Source: Leucoraja erinacea
Taxonomy: Eukaryota
Direction of reading: 5' to 3'
DNA: 64,000 nt
Assembly: GCF_028641065.1 (NCBI RefSeq)
Contig: NC_073401.1
Span: forward strand, 3,286,001-3,350,000
Part shown: positions 13,463 through 26,744 of the stretch, piece by piece
How the letters are laid out: each line of letters begins with the position of its first letter
How positions within the stretch are numbered: position 1 is the first letter of the stretch
The notes under the pieces: generated by a model
The model's database searches: none
What the model saw: the letters and a program-made list of their open reading frames with translations, nothing else
Told to the model about the DNA's origin: nothing
Program-made: the position numbers and the translations under genes

Positions 13463-13726
13463 CACTCGAGGAGTGTCCTCACCACTGAGCGTTCAATGGT
13501 TCAAGATTGCCTCTGCACATTAAAATTGAAGTTACAGAGAAACAAGGATGTAAATTAAATGCTAGCTTCAATGACAATGCCTGAATATATAAATTTATAA
13601 TATATAAAAACATTCCTCTTTCCATTAACTCTACAACAGGATCGTCTTGTATTTAGCTCCCATATTATCACAAAATTGCTGAAATGTGGTTTCTTCCAAA
13701 TAGTGCTTCCAAACCCAATTTTTTTT

Positions 13727-14098
13727 AACCTGAAATAGAATTCCAAATTTTCTGGGTACCGACTGCGCACGTGCGGGGAGATGGCGTACCTACCACGTCA
13801 CCGGTGCCATTTTCAATTGTAATGCGGCTAACGGGCCTCCCCCAACTGCGCAGGCGCGGATGATCGTAAATGTACAGGTACATACTTTTTTTCCGCAAAT
13901 CATCCTGCGGGCTTGATTGGACCCTTTGGAGTCTCCCCGCGCATGTGCAGTGGGCCCGGATTCCGCGCTTGCGCAGTTGGGGCGGCAGTCGCACATGCGC
14001 AGTTGGGGAAGGCTTACCGGGCCAGGAAATTTCCCGAAATTATTTTATTTCCCTAAAATTACCCGAAGACAACCGGAATTTCCCGAATTTCAGGTAAT
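13727..14098. mobile_element. Putative MITE with short TIRs and internal TGCGCA(G/T)TGGG repeats
   Basis: ACCTGAAAT ... ATTTCAGGT inverted ends; CpG-rich interior in an AT-rich context. Confidence 0.45.
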
Positions 14099-15242
14099 TT
14101 CCTTCAAAATTGAAACACTGTTTCCATGTTACTATAATTATGGCCTTTCCTACCTACCCTAATCACATTAATAATTGGACATGGCCATTCTTTAATCCCA
14201 ACCCTTTATCAGCCACTTGACACATCCTATCAGAATAAGGCTTAGCAATGTGGGGATATTGTGGCATTCGTGTCTTACTGACTTTTATGCAAAACAAATA
14301 CTATTTTAACTTTCTCTTTTAAAAAACTGTCATTTGCTTTTCACCTGAACCTAAAAAGCTTCCTTCCAGAGATCTCATCTTCCTTCACTCCCTGTACATC
14401 ACTTGTAGTTTACATCCAACTTCACCTAGCAATGCCTTCTCAGATTTCGCCATCCTCTTTCACAGTCGGCATCCTCAATTTTATTACTCATCTACAGAAT
14501 TAAAACAGCAAACACAACCAGATAAATTTCATCTTGATTCTACTTTCCTACCTTAGCTCTATATCTTTTATATACTCAATCTATTCTTCTCAATCTCAAA
14601 TGCATTAATTGACCAAACATCACCAACATGTAGGATGTGAGACTTTTGGATGCTACATTTTCATTCATTCAGAGATGAATGGAAAAATTGCTTAGTTTCA
14701 TTCCCAATTGAACAAGCTCAAACTATAAGATGTCCACTTTTCCTGATGAATCCCCAGAATGAAATATTTCCTCGCTGACTACCCTTTCCAATGCTTTAAC
14801 ACTATTAGAACATCTCAATCTCCCAATGGAGGATAATTCAACAAGCGACGTTTTTGCAAATAATGCACTCCAATTTCACTCTGTGAAGTGCTGTTCACCT
14901 TCCAAGGACTAATAAATACTAGTCTGCAATGATTAGGGCTGCAAGGATTCTATTCGAAAGGATGCCTGATCTAAGCCTTGATATTCCTTGGTACTGCGGG
15001 AAAGTGTAAGCATTCTTTGCAAATATCATCAACATTAATCATAAAACTGCTGTGTTACCATAAAACCTATCCAACTCACATGTCCCTTAGGGAAGGAAAT
15101 TTACTGTCTTACCTTCCCGTTTATATGGACTGCAGGCACACAGTACTGAGTTTGGCGCTTCATTTTGAAATGGACTGACAAGTTACTGTAATAGCCATCC
15201 ATCATTTCAAAATTTGACAGATTCATTCGCACAGAATCATAC

Positions 15243-16392
15243 CATAGAAACATAGAAATTAGGTGCAGGAGTAGGCCATTCGGCCCTTCGAGCCTGCACC
15301 GCCATTCAATATGATCATGGCTGATCATCCAACTCAGTATCCCGTACCTGCCTTCTATCCATACCCCCTGATCCCCTTAGCCACAAGGGCCACATCTAAC
15401 TCCCTCTTAAATATAGCCAATGAACTGGCCTCAACTACCCTCTGTGGCAGAGAGTTCCAGAGATTCATCACTCTCTGTGTGAAAAAAGTTCTTCTCATCT
15501 CGGTTTTAAAGGATTTCCCCCTTATCCTTAAGCTGTGACCCCTTGTCCTGGACTTCCCCAACATCGGGAACAATCTTCCTGCATCTAGCCTGTCCAACCC
15601 CTTAAGAATTTTGTAAGTTTCTATAAGATCCCCTCTCAATCTTCTAAATTCTAGAGAGTATAAACCAAGTCTATCCAGTCTTTCTTCATAAGACAGTCCT
15701 GACATCCCAGGAATCAGTCTGGTGAACCGTCTCTGCACTCCCTCTATGGCAATAATGTCCTTCCTCAGATTTGGAGACCAAAACTGCACGCAATACTCCA
15801 GGTGTGGTCTCACCAAGACCCTGTACAACTGCAGTAGAACCTCCCTGCTCCTATACTCAAATCCTTTTGCAATGAAAGCTAACATACCATTCGCTTTCTT
15901 TACTGCCTGCTGCACCTGCATGCCTACCTTCAATGACTGGTGTACCATGACACCCAGGTCTCGCTGCATCTCCCCCTTTCCCAATCGGCCACCATTTAGA
16001 TAATAGTCTGCTTTCCCGTTTTTGCCACCAAAATGGATAACCTCACATTTATCCACATTATACTGCATCTGCCAAACATTTGCCCACTCACCCAGCCTAT
16101 CCAAGTCACCTTGCAGTCTCCTAGCATCCTCCTCACAGCTAACACTGCCCCCCAGCTTAGTGTCATCCGCAAACTTGGAGATATTGCCTTCAATTCCCTC
16201 ATCCAGATCATTAATATATATTGTAAATAGCTGGGGTCCCAGTACTGAGCCTTGGGGTACCCCACTAGTCACTACCTGCCATTGTGAAAAGGACCCGTTT
16301 ACTCCTACTCTTTGCTTCCTGGTTGCCAGCCAGTTCTCTATCCACATCAATACTGAACCCCCAATGCCTTGTGCTTTAAGTTTGTATACTAA
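15243..16392 (-). mobile_element. CR1 (HER1-like) LINE, 5'-truncated, relatively young
   Basis: ORF 15355-16434 is open: SGVPQGSVLGP, KFADDTKL, RPHLEYCVQFWSP, RLRGDLIETYKI. (TTTCTATG)n tail. Confidence 0.95.
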
Positions 16393-16454
16393 TCTCATAC
16401 CTTTTGCCAATGTCCAAGACATCCTCAGTACCATCCCGTAGTACCGTAGAGGTC

Positions 16455-16631
16455 AGTCTGGCGTGCTGACCTCTACCGGGCTGAGGTGAGGCGGCAACTC
16501 TCAGAAAGGTGCCGTGGTACTCTGGCGCGCTGACCTTCACGGGGCTGAGGCCAGACGACGACTCTCAGATCAAACCCGACAAGGGAGGTGCAGTGTTAGT
16601 CTGGCACGCTGACCAGGCGACAACTCTCAGA
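16455..16631. repeat. Degenerate tandem repeat, ~3 units (TCTGGCGYGCTGACC...AACTCTCAGA)
   Basis: Three recurrences visible directly. Confidence 0.6.
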
Positions 16632-17044
16632 CACCTCCTCCTACTTATCCTTGGACCATGATCCAACGGACTTTGGAAGCCGCCGACTCCGGTAGGAGGG
16701 GGCCGACTCTGGTGTCCACGCCGCTGAGGACATCCCGCAGCCCCGACGTCGGACTTGTATCACCCTGGCGAGCGGTCCTGGACATCGGGCCGCCCGTAGC
16801 TGCAACTGCGGAGGGCTTGGGGAGGCCCTGACCACGAGGAACAGTGGAGGAAGAGACTGACTTTGGGGCCTTCCCACACAGTGGGAAACTTTGATTCTGC
16901 TGTGTGGGGATGTTTTATGTCAAATTCTATAGTGTGTGTTCTTCATACCCTTTCCGGCTTAATCACTCCCTTCACCACCTCCAGTTTAAATTCCAGTTGG
17001 AATATTTTGGAGGACCCAAGAACCAAGAGCAAGACGAGCACTAG

Positions 17045-18845
17045 GCCTTAATATCACACACCATTCTGATTACATTACTTCCGGCTTTCTGCCCTCCGAA
17101 GCCTCCAACCATATCGTTCCCCAGCCCCGCATGGCCCGATTTTAACTTCTCCCCAAAATCCACTCACAAAACGGCCCTGGCAGACCCATTGTTTCTGCTT
17201 GTTCATGTCCCACGGAATTTATTTCCACATACCACGACTCCATCCAATCCCCCGCCACCCCCCCCGGTTCAATCCCTCCCTACATATGTCCAAGACACCT
17301 CACACGCCCTTCGTCTATTCAATGACGCCAATCGTCTCTTTGTTTTCCACGCCCCCACTACCTCATCTGTACTATGGATGTCCACTCACTCTACACCTCC
17401 ATCCCCCACCAGGACGGTCTTAAACCCTTCCATTTCTTCCTCGACCACAGAACAAGCCAATTTCCGTCTAACACTCTCCTCCATCTAGCAGAGCTGGGGC
17501 TTATCCTTAACACCGTCGCCTTCGTCCACTTCCTCAAAGGCGTAGCGATGGGCTCTCGCATGGACCCCAGCTATGCCTGCCTCTTTGTAGGACACGTCGA
17601 AGAAACACTGTCCCAGGCGTACACTGGCCCTATCCCTGAACTCTACCTCCGCTACATTGACAACTGCATGTACTACCTCTTGCACCCATGCAGAACTCAT
17701 GGACTTCATCAACTTGCACTCAAATTCGCTTGGACCATCTCCAACACCTCCCTACAGTTTCTAGATCTCATCGTCTCCATCACGAGACAGAATATCGACT
17801 GACATCTATTACAACCCCACTGACTCCCATAGCTATCTAGACTACACTTCTTCCCACCCTGCTTTCTGTAAAGACTCCATTCCCTACTCCCAATTCCTCC
17901 ATCCACACCGCATCTGTGCCCAGGGTGAGGTTTTCCATATCAGGCCATCGGAGATGTCCTCATTCTTACGGGGGGTTCCCCTCATCAATTATAGATGACG
18001 CCCTCACTAGGGTTTCCTCGATATCTCGCAGCTCAGCTCTTGCTCCCCCCCCCATTCGTAACAAGGACAGAGTCCCCTTGTCCTCACCTTCCACCCCATC
18101 AGCCATCGCATACAGCACATAATCTGATATTTTTGCCACCTCCAACGGGATCCCACTATGAGCCACATCTACCCATCAGCCTTTTCTGCTTTCTTCAGAA
18201 ACCCTGGTCAACTCGTCCCTTCCCACCCAGACCAACCCCTCGCCAGGTACTTTCCCAGCAACCGCAGAACATGCAACACCTGTCCATTTATCTCCCCCCT
18301 CAACTCCGTCCAAGGACCCTGGCAGTCTTTTCAGGTGAGGCAAAGGTTCACGTGCACCTCCTCCAACCTCATCTACTGTATCCGCTGTTCCAGGAGTCGC
18401 TTCCTGTATATCGGTGAGACCAAGGGCAGGCTCGGATATCGTTTCGCTGAACACCTCCACTCAGTCCGCTTAAACTTACCTGATCTCCTGGTTGCTCAGC
18501 ACTTTAACTCCCCATCCCATTCCCAATCTGACCTTTCTGTTGTCGGAGTGAGGCCCAGCACAAATTGGAGGAACAGCACCTCATATTTCGCTTGGGTTGC
18601 TCACACCCCAGCAGTATGAACATTGACTTCTCCAAGTAGCCCTTGCTTTCCCCCTCTCTCTCTCTCTCCATTCCCTCCCCCTTCCCAATTCTCCCACCAG
18701 TCTTATGGTCTCCGACTACATTTTATCTCTGTACCGCCCACTCCCCTGACATCAGTCTGAAGAAGGGTCTTGACCCGAAACGTCACCATTCCTTCTCCCC
18801 AGAGGTGCTGCCTGTCTCGCTGAGTTACTCCAGCATTTTGTGTCA
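17045..18845 (+). mobile_element. Penelope-like element (RT + GIY-YIG endonuclease), frameshifted, with terminal repeat
   Basis: MDVHSLYTSIPHQDGL, GVAMGSRM.PSYACLFVG, YLRYIDN; GIY-YIG NLIYCIRCSR..LYIGETKGRLGYRFAEHL; hammerhead motif in the 3' repeat. Confidence 0.92.
18757..18784 (+). ncRNA. Minimal hammerhead ribozyme motif of the PLE terminal repeat
   Basis: CTGAAGA-A-GGGTC-TT-GACCC-GAAAC-GTC. Confidence 0.65.
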
Positions 18846-20465
18846 AACTAGTACTATCCCAGTCTACATCGTGCACAATATGAAAAACAAGCCCTCTCAG
18901 TAATGAAGTGGTATCAAAGTCAGGAAGGAATGGATCTGGAGTCCTCAACATTGCTATGAGCTTTAATAACAGCATCAGAATAAATGTGGGTAAAGGAACG
19001 CTCTGATGTTTACCGCCTACTGCTCTCATTCAGTTAATGTCAGTGATCCATTTCAGAAGATGCACTAAGAGTGGCATGGGCAGCGTATACCATTGGTTCA
19101 GGAGCTTCAAAATCTATCTCAGTAGCACCATGAATAACCAAGCCCAGAAATAAAGCTGCCATGGAGACACAAAAGGGACTGAAGATGCTGAAATCCTGTG
19201 CAACAATCAAACTGCTGGAGGAACTCAGAAATCAAGCAGCATCTGTGGAAGGAAATGGACAGACAATGTTTCAGGTCTGGACTGTTCTTCAGACTGAAGT
19301 GTCCAAACCCAAAAGGCCACCTCTCCATTTCCCTCCACAGATGCTACCTGACGTGCCAAGTTCTTCCAGCAGTATGTTTTATGATATAGCTGCCATACTG
19401 TTCTTAAGATTGTGAATCCATATTATTTAAAAATTGATTTGACATCTTTCCATTCTATGATTAGTGTTTTTCCCAAGACAGTAATGTACTTGACCCGTGT
19501 ACTTTTTGCTACATTTCATTATTACAAATATAACAATTGAAATCACGACCAATTTGGATGATGGAACAGCAAATATTATCAGGCAATGGGAGCACATGCA
19601 GTATCCATAATAAATTATTCTGACCTAAATAAAGTACTGATTGAGACCAGTAAAGGATGACCTGATCCCAAATATGTTTTCACAAAATATACACTAGATC
19701 AGAATCTAATCATACCTATCGTCAGGTCACATCATCTTTAGATCAATTATCCAAACTTCAATGAGGATTCATATGCAACACAATCACTGTGCGAAACAGG
19801 ATAGATTCAGAAAATATAAAAAATGGGTATCCACAAGACACTAAAGGCAAATAACAGAATAATTACAAGTCATGTGAACATGAATATGTGTTGAGATGTC
19901 ATGGCCAATATCCCTTCCTTAGCTCACAATATTAAAAGAACTGACCTTTCATAGAATTACAATATGTTCCTGCTGCAAGCATACTGGTTGCATTATTTGT
20001 AATACATTATTTTCAAAACGCTGTAGATTTATATTCCTAAAAACAATTCGAGTATGTGGAAAATTCAGGTTAAACATAGTGTACCATTCCAGGTACTTTA
20101 TTTGTTCTAGTATGTTCAAGTATGGAGACCAAGGACTGGCTTTAAAGACCATCACCGCCTACCAACAAACAACCCCACGGAGATGGACTGTGGGAATGCG
20201 TGTCCTTGCAATACCACACCAAGATTTGGTTCGATGGGATGCAATTATTCAATTGTTTACTGATGTGTGCAAAGCTATTCAACATCCTCGGCCTTCTACC
20301 CTGGAGTGACTACAACCCGCAGAAATACACAAACGTACAGCCAGACCATTGAAATATGGCGTGTAAATTAATCAATGAGAAACAGAGGTGACTTTTAAAG
20401 AGTTTGTCCAGTCTCGTAGCCGTAGCTGCTGGGTATTCGACATCTATGGCCCACTGTCCAAGCAG

Positions 20466-20590
20466 CGCCGGGGGAGCCTGTCTCCCCGGTCCCAGCCGGT
20501 CCCAGCCCGCCGGGGGAGCCTGTGTCCCCGTTCCCAGCCGGTCCCAGCCCGCCGGGGGAGCCTGTCTCCGTCTCCCCGGCCCAGCCCGCC
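20466..20590. repeat. 42-bp GC-rich minisatellite (~2.8 copies) at the start of SUDS3 intron 1
   Basis: Unit CGCCGGGGGAGCCTGTCTCCCCGGTCCCAGCCGGTCCCAGCC starting at 20466, 20508 and 20550. Confidence 0.85.
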
Positions 20591-20661
20591 CGCCCGCCTT
20601 GGTACGCGAGGCCCACCACCCGGCGGCAGCAACCGCCCGCCTCGCCTTCCGCGCAAATCAC

Positions 20662-20773
20662 CTTCATCCGAGTCACGGCAACGGACGCTGCGCTCGTCCT
20701 CGTCGTCCACGCTATCCAGCTCCTCCTCGTCGTTGTAATAGTCCACAATGGGCGAGAGGAGAGCGGCGGACAT
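20662..20773 (-). CDS. SUDS3: Sin3 histone deacetylase corepressor complex component SDS3, coding exon 1
   Basis: MSAALLSPIVDYYNDEEELDSVDDEDERSVRCRDSDE matches the vertebrate SUDS3 N-terminus (human ...[34 protein letters not shown]). 112 nt ending GAAG|GTGATT (phase-1 donor), in a CpG island. Downstream exons were not found in the window. Confidence 0.9.
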
Positions 20774-21122
20774 CTTACCCCCCTCTCCTCCCCCTATCCC
20801 CCCTCTCCCCTCACACCCTCCCCCTATCCTGGCGCTCTCTCCCTCCCCCTATCCTATCCTCCCTCCCTCCTCCCTCTCTCCCTCCCGCCCGCCCGGCCGA
20901 CCGGCGCTCTGCCTGCGGGGGCCTTGCGCTTAAACCGCCCACACAATCCGCCACCGTCGCCGCCGCCCGGTGACTACACGAGGAGCACCACAGCCGGTCA
21001 CCCCCGGCGACGAGCAGCAATCGGCGTCCGAGCGAGACGGAGATGGGAAATGGCCATCAGGCAGTGATGGGGACAGCTCTCCCGGGTCCTCGCGGCGCAG
21101 TGTGGCAATAGGCCCTTCAGCC

Positions 21123-21142
21123 CAAAGATGATAGAAGCGGAA
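21123..21142. mobile_element. One-sided P-like TIR remnant (putative footprint), 20 bp
   Basis: CTTCAGCC|CAAAGATGATAGAAGCGGAA|CTTCGGCC (7/8 TSD); removing it restores the common repeat motif AGGCCCTTCGGCCCAAC. Confidence 0.7.
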
Positions 21143-21198
21143 CTTCGGCCCAACTTGCCCACAGCGGCCAACAATGTCCCAGCTACACTAGTCCCACC

Positions 21199-21231
21199 CA
21201 AATATACTAGAGCAAGAGTCTACGATCTTTG
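21199..21231. mobile_element. P-like TIR-end mini insert (putative excision footprint), 33 bp
   Basis: GTCCCACC|CAAATATACTAGAGCAAGAGTCTACGATCTTTG|GTCCCACC, perfect 8-bp TSD. Confidence 0.82.
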
Positions 21232-22873
21232 GTCCCACCTGCCATATCCCTCCAAACCTGTTCTATCCATGTACCTGTCTAACTATTTCTTAAACATTGG
21301 GATAGTTCCTGCCTCAACTACCTCCTCTGGCAGCTTGTTCCATACACCCACCGCCCTTTGGGTGAAAAAGTTACCCCTTGGGTTCCTGTTAAATCTTTTC
21401 CCCTTCACCTATGTCCTATGACCTATGTCCTCTGGTTCTCTATTCCACTACTCTAGGCAAGAGACTCTGTGCATATACCTGATCTATTCCTCTCATCATT
21501 GTATACACATCATCCTCTTGTGCTTCAAGGAATGGAGACCCAGCCTATTCTGCCTCTCCCTATAGCTCAGACCTTCGAGTCCTGGCAACATCCTCGTAAA
21601 TCTTCTCTGTACCCTTTCCAACTTGACACCAGTCCCAGTCCTGGGATCTTTCCAATTCATGCTGACATTCTACACTGAGCTATTACCCTCCCTATATGAG
21701 AGACAAAATGTCATGTCAATCACGAAACAACTTAATTCTATCTCCTAATTAATGCAACAGTTCACATAATCTTGTAACTTTTATAACCCCTGTGGCGGAT
21801 GACATCAAAGACTGATCAGTCTGAAGGGTCCCGACTCAAAACGTTGTATGTCTATTCCCTCCACAGATAAAAACACAAAGTGTGTAGAAAGGAACTGCAG
21901 ATGTTGGATTACACTGAGGATAGATACAAAAAGCTGGAGTAACTCAGCAGGATAGGCAGCATCTCTGGATAAAATGAATTTGTGGCGTTTCGAGACTGGA
22001 GGCTAATGCCTTCTGAAGAGCGGTCTCAACCCGAAATGTCACCTATCCTCTCCAGAGATGCTGCCTGGCCCATTAAATTACTAAAGACTCAAATTGATTG
22101 AGTAACTCAACGCAGGCAGGACCTCCGGAGATAAGTGATGTTTTGAGTCAGGACCCTTCTTCAGATGGTATTAGCCTCCACAGATGCTGCCTGACCTGCT
22201 TTGTTCCAGAGCAGAAAAAAAACATTGATTTTTTTTTGCTCAAGATTCCAACAGCTGCAGTCTCTCCCTCTCTCTCTCTCACATAGTAACATAGAAAATA
22301 GGCGCAGGAGTAGGCCATTAGGCCCATCGAACCCATTCAATATGATCACTCTCTTAATGAATTATTTTCCAATGTCATAGGTCCAAAATGTCTCTCACTT
22401 GACCTGCTGAATGTTTTACTATTTTGATTATTTTATGATGTTTTCATTTCAGATTTTTTACAAATCACAATAAAAGATCGAGATGAGTACGTTTCCCCAG
22501 TTTACTTAAGTTTTTAAAGTTACCAGTTAAAGCCAAGCTGTCTGCTTATTAGCACAAAGGAATACGTGCCTCCCACTGCTTAAAAAGTGTACATACCAAC
22601 GTTAAAGTTAATTCTGACAAATCCTAGTGCAAACCAAGTTAACTATTTTAACATCTTCCAAATAGCGTAGCATACTTTGCATTTAAAAGACCATCCTGGT
22701 TATTTTGTAGTGGCTGAAGGAGCTTAACAGTGACGGCAATAATATGACCCCCGTCCACAAATTGTGGAGTGGACGGTCCATCCACGACATTGGATTGTCC
22801 TATTTTCTATTATGCATGCACAAGAAAATGCAACTGCACTTAGGAAGTTTAAAAATGACGCAATGGTCAAAAG

Positions 22874-24832
22874 ACAATAGGTGCAGGAGTAGGCCATTCG
22901 GCCCCTCGAGCCAGCACCGCCATTCAATGTGATCATGGATGATCGTCCACAATCAGTTCCTGCCTTCTCCCCATATTCACTGACTCCACTGTCTTTAAGA
23001 GCCCTTTCTAGCTCTCTCTTGAAAGTATCCAGAGAACCGGCCTCCACTGCCCTCTGAGGCAGAGAATTCCACAGACTCACAACTCTGTGTGAAAAAGCTA
23101 TCCAAAAAGTTAAACTGTGGCCCCTGGTTCTGGACTCCCAACATCAGGAACATGTTTCTTGCCTCTAGCATGTCCAAACCCTTAATAATCTTATATGTTT
23201 CAATAAGATATCCTCTCATCCTTCTAAATTCCAGAGTATACAAGCCCAGCTGCTCAGCATGTGACAGTCCCGCCATACAATACAATACAATACAATTTAT
23301 TTTATTCTGGGAATTAACCTTGTGAATCTACACTGCACTCCCTCAATAGCAAGAATGTCCTTCATCAAATTTGGGAACCAAAACTGCACACAATACTCCA
23401 GGTGTGGTCTCACTAGGGCCCTGTACAACTGCAGAAGGACCTCTTTGCTACAACACTCAACTGCTCTTGTTATGAAGGCCAACATGCCATTCGCATCCTT
23501 CACTGCCTGCTGTACCTGCATGCTTACTTTCATTGACTGATGAACACGGACCCCCAGATCTCGTTGTACTTCTCCTTTTCCCAACTTGACACCATTTAGA
23601 TAAAAATCTGCCTACCTGTTTTTGCTACCAAAGTGAATAACCTCATATATTAAACTGCATCTACCATGCATCTGCTCACTCGCCCAACCTGTCCAAATCA
23701 CTCTACATTCTCATAGCATCCTCCTCACACTTCACCCTGCCACCCAGCTTTGTGTCATCTGCTAATTTGATGTTACTTTGAATCCCTTCATCTAAATCAG
23801 ATCTATATTGTAAATAGCTGTGGTCCCAGCACTGAGCCTTGTGGTACCCTACTAGTCACTGCCTGCCATTCTGAAAGGTAGCCGTTAATCCCTACTCTTT
23901 GTTTCCTGTCTGCCAACCAATTTGCTATCCATGTCAGCACTCCACCCCCAATACCGTATGCCCTAATTTTGCCCACTAATCTCCTATGTGGGACCTTATC
24001 AAATGCTTTCTCAAAGTCCAGGTACACTACATCCACTGTCTCTCCCATGTCCATTTGCCTAGTTACATCCTCAAAAAATTCCAGAAGATTAGTCAAACAT
24101 GATTTCCCCTTTGTAAATCCATGCTGACTCGGACCGATCCTGTTACTGCTATCCAAATGTGCGACTATTTCATATTTTATGATTGTCTCCAGCATCCTTC
24201 CCGCCACCGATGTCTGGCTAACTGGTCTATAATTCCGTTTTCTCTCTCTCGCCTTTCTTAAACAGTGAGATAACATTAGCTACCCTCCAATCCACAGGAA
24301 CTGATTACTGAATCTATAGAATGTTAGAAAATGATCACCAGTACGTCCACAATTGCTAGAGCCACTTCCTTAAGTACCCTGGGATGCAGACCATCAGGCT
24401 CTGGGGATTTATCAGCCTTCAGTCTCACTAGTCTACCCAACACCATTTCCTTCCTAATGTGGATTTCCTTCAGTTCCTCCGTCACCCCAGATACTCTGGC
24501 CACTAGTACATCAGGAAGATTGTTTGTGTCCTCAGTGAAGACGGATCTAAAGTACCTGTTCAACTCATCTGCCATTTCCTTGTTCACCATAATAAATTCT
24601 CCCTTTTCAGTCTTCAAGGATCCAACTTTGGTCTTAACTAATTTTCTCCTCTTCACATACCTAAATAATCTTTTACTATCCTCCATTATATTCTTGGCTA
24701 GCTTACTTTCGTACCTCATCTTTTCTCCCCGTATTACTTTTTTAGTTCTTCTGTTGCTCATTAAACATTGCTTCCCGCTCATCTTTGCTATGTTGTACTT
24801 CTTCTCTTTTACTTTTATATTGTTCCTGACTT
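22874..24832 (-). mobile_element. CR1 LINE ORF2 (RT region), degraded
   Basis: NYRPVS.TSV.G, SQHGFTKGKSCLTNLLEFFE, VYLDFEKAFDKVPH, VPQGSVLGP, RPHLEYCVQFW. Confidence 0.92.
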
Positions 24833-25560
24833 CATAAGTTCATATGTTCATTTATTGTCACATACACCAATTGGTGTAGTGAAATTCACTGACCATGTCA
24901 GTCAAACAATTTTTAAAAAAGCAACAGACTCAGAAAACACATTTTTACATAAACATCCATCACAGTGACTACTACACATTCCTCACTGTGATGGAAGGCG
25001 AAAATAAAGTTCCAAGTCCTTCCCTTGTTGTTCTTCCTCGGTCGGGGGCCTCGAGTCCCCCGTTGACGGGACGGTCTTGACTCCCGTAGCCGGCGGCGTT
25101 CGGGCCCTCAGCGTCGAGGCGTTCGGGGGGATGTCAGCTCCCTGGCGCCGAGCGATCAAACATCACGTCGGGGCAGGACGAACCTTCTGCGGCATTGGAG
25201 CTCCCAACTAGCCTCTCCCGAGACTGCGCGCCCTTGATGGTAAGTCCGCAGGCTGCGGTGGGAACGATCCCAGGCAAGGGGTCCGCTCCGATGGTAAGTC
25301 CGCGCCCCGTGGTGGGGCTCACGATAATCCAAGGTGGCTTCCAGTTCCATCGATGTTAGGCCGCAGAGCCCAGAGAATGTGATCCGAAAATTGATCACCT
25401 CTCCGGGAAGGTAGGAACTTGAAAAACAAAAGTTTCCCCCTCTCCCCCCACATAAAACAAACAGAAGAACATTAAAACAAACTTTAAACAAAACGCTAAA
25501 AATAACAAAAGGGATGAAAAACGAACAGACTGCCGGCAGGGCTGCCATCTCCCTCCTCCG
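24833..25560 (-). repeat. GC-rich non-autonomous retroposon inserted in CR1
   Basis: Starts AGATGGCAGCCC, T-rich tract, GC-rich body, TGACAATAAA tail; architecture shared with 41140-42000 and 42890-43620. Confidence 0.65.
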
Positions 25561-25589
25561 ATGCCCGGACCCCTTGTCAGCACAGGTCA

Positions 25590-26161
25590 CTCCTTACTCC
25601 CCTTGGAATCTTACTTCCTCTTTGGAATGAACTGATCCTGCACCTTCTGTATTATTCCCAGAAATACCTGCCATTGTTGCTCCACTGTCATCCCTGCTAG
25701 GGTATCTTTCCAGTCAACTTTGGCCAGCTCATGGCTCCATAGTACCCTTTTGTTCAACTGTAACACTGGCACCTCTGATTTACCCTTCTCCCTCTCAAAT
25801 TGTGGATTAAAACGTACCATATTATGGTCACTAACTCTTAATGGCTCCTTAACCTCATGTTCCCTTATCAAATCTGGTTCATTACACAACACTAAATCCA
25901 GAATTGCTTTCTCCCTGATAGGCTTCAGTACAAGCTGCTCTAAGAATCCATCATGGAGGCACTCCACAAACTCCCTTTCTTGGGATCCAGTACCAACCTG
26001 ATCTTCCCAGTCTACCTGCATGTTGAAATCTCCCATAACAACTGTAACATTACCTTTACGATATGCCAATTTTAACTCTTGATTCAACTTGCACCCTATA
26101 TCCAGGCGACTGTTTGGGAGCCTGTAGATAAGTCCCATTAGGGTATTTTTACCCTTACAAT
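25590..26161 (-). mobile_element. CR1 APE endonuclease region (continues at 30184-30310 beyond the P-like insertion)
   Basis: ORF 25611-26264: GLIYRLPNS, VVMGDFN, FLEQLV..P.R..AILDLVL.N, SDHNMV.F. Confidence 0.88.
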
Positions 26162-26262
26162 CAAAGATTATAGAGGAGCAAGATAGACCACTCCTCGAAA
26201 AACGCGTAGTATGACGTGTGTGATTGTCGACGCCATTATTTGAGGCATTTTGTTGGGCTGTC

Positions 26263-26372
26263 ATGGCGTCCTTATCTAAATGTTCATCTCACTGCTCTGC
26301 TATCAACTGTTCTAATCGTAAATCTAAACGACCAGAGCTGTCATTCTTTAGGTTCCCCGATAAAAAAGAAAG
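26263..26372 (+). CDS. THAP zinc-finger N-terminal exon of a transposase (remnant)
   Basis: MASLSKCSSHCSAINCSNRKSKRPELSFFRFPDKKER|GTAAG: C-x4-C ... FFRFP THAP signature, Kozak-like GTCATGG, canonical donor. Too short for the ORF track. Confidence 0.82.
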
Positions 26373-26711
26373 GTAAGAAAATATTATTATTATTTTTTGT
26401 CGATATTCTGTCGTGAAAATTTTATTTTCTGTTCTCCCATCAACGGCCATTGGGAAACTAGGTTTGTCGGTACATTAGAAAGTTATTAGACTTATTTTTA
26501 TTAGATCTTTACTTACCACAATAATAAAGACAAGTTTAACACTTCTGTACGTTTTTGGTTTTGTTCTTGTAAGGGATTGGTCTCCAAAATATGGCCCGCG
26601 GGGCACATTAGGCCCAGTGACCAGGAGATTTTTTGAGCTCAGACTCGAGTCCGAGAACGCGGCGGCTGTTACCCATTATATCCCTCGAATTGTCGTGAAG
26701 AAGGGTGCAAT

Positions 26712-26744
26712 CAAAGATTATACAACTCAGCTCTATCATCTTTG
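26712..26744. mobile_element. P-like footprint, 33 bp, nested in the P-like element
   Basis: GGTGCAAT|CAAAGATTATACAACTCAGCTCTATCATCTTTG|GGTGCAAT, perfect TSD. Confidence 0.82.

Larger units (their letters stand above)
20400..21100 (-). promoter_or_regulatory. CpG island / promoter of SUDS3
   Basis: Very high GC and CpG density around coding exon 1, with GC boxes. Confidence 0.85.
21108..21625 (-). mobile_element. CR1 3' fragment hosting two P-like footprints
   Basis: Same CR1 3' end as at 60290-60622 and 46910-47135. Confidence 0.75.

Noticed and set aside
16455-16631. Spaced repeats superficially like a CRISPR array
   Set aside because: Eukaryotic context, only about three degenerate tandem units, no unique spacers and no cas genes.
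20444-20661. Continuation of the SUDS3 ORF (GDLRGRRGG...) in the ORF track
   Set aside because: Read-through into intron 1 past the GAAG|GT donor; translates the minisatellite.
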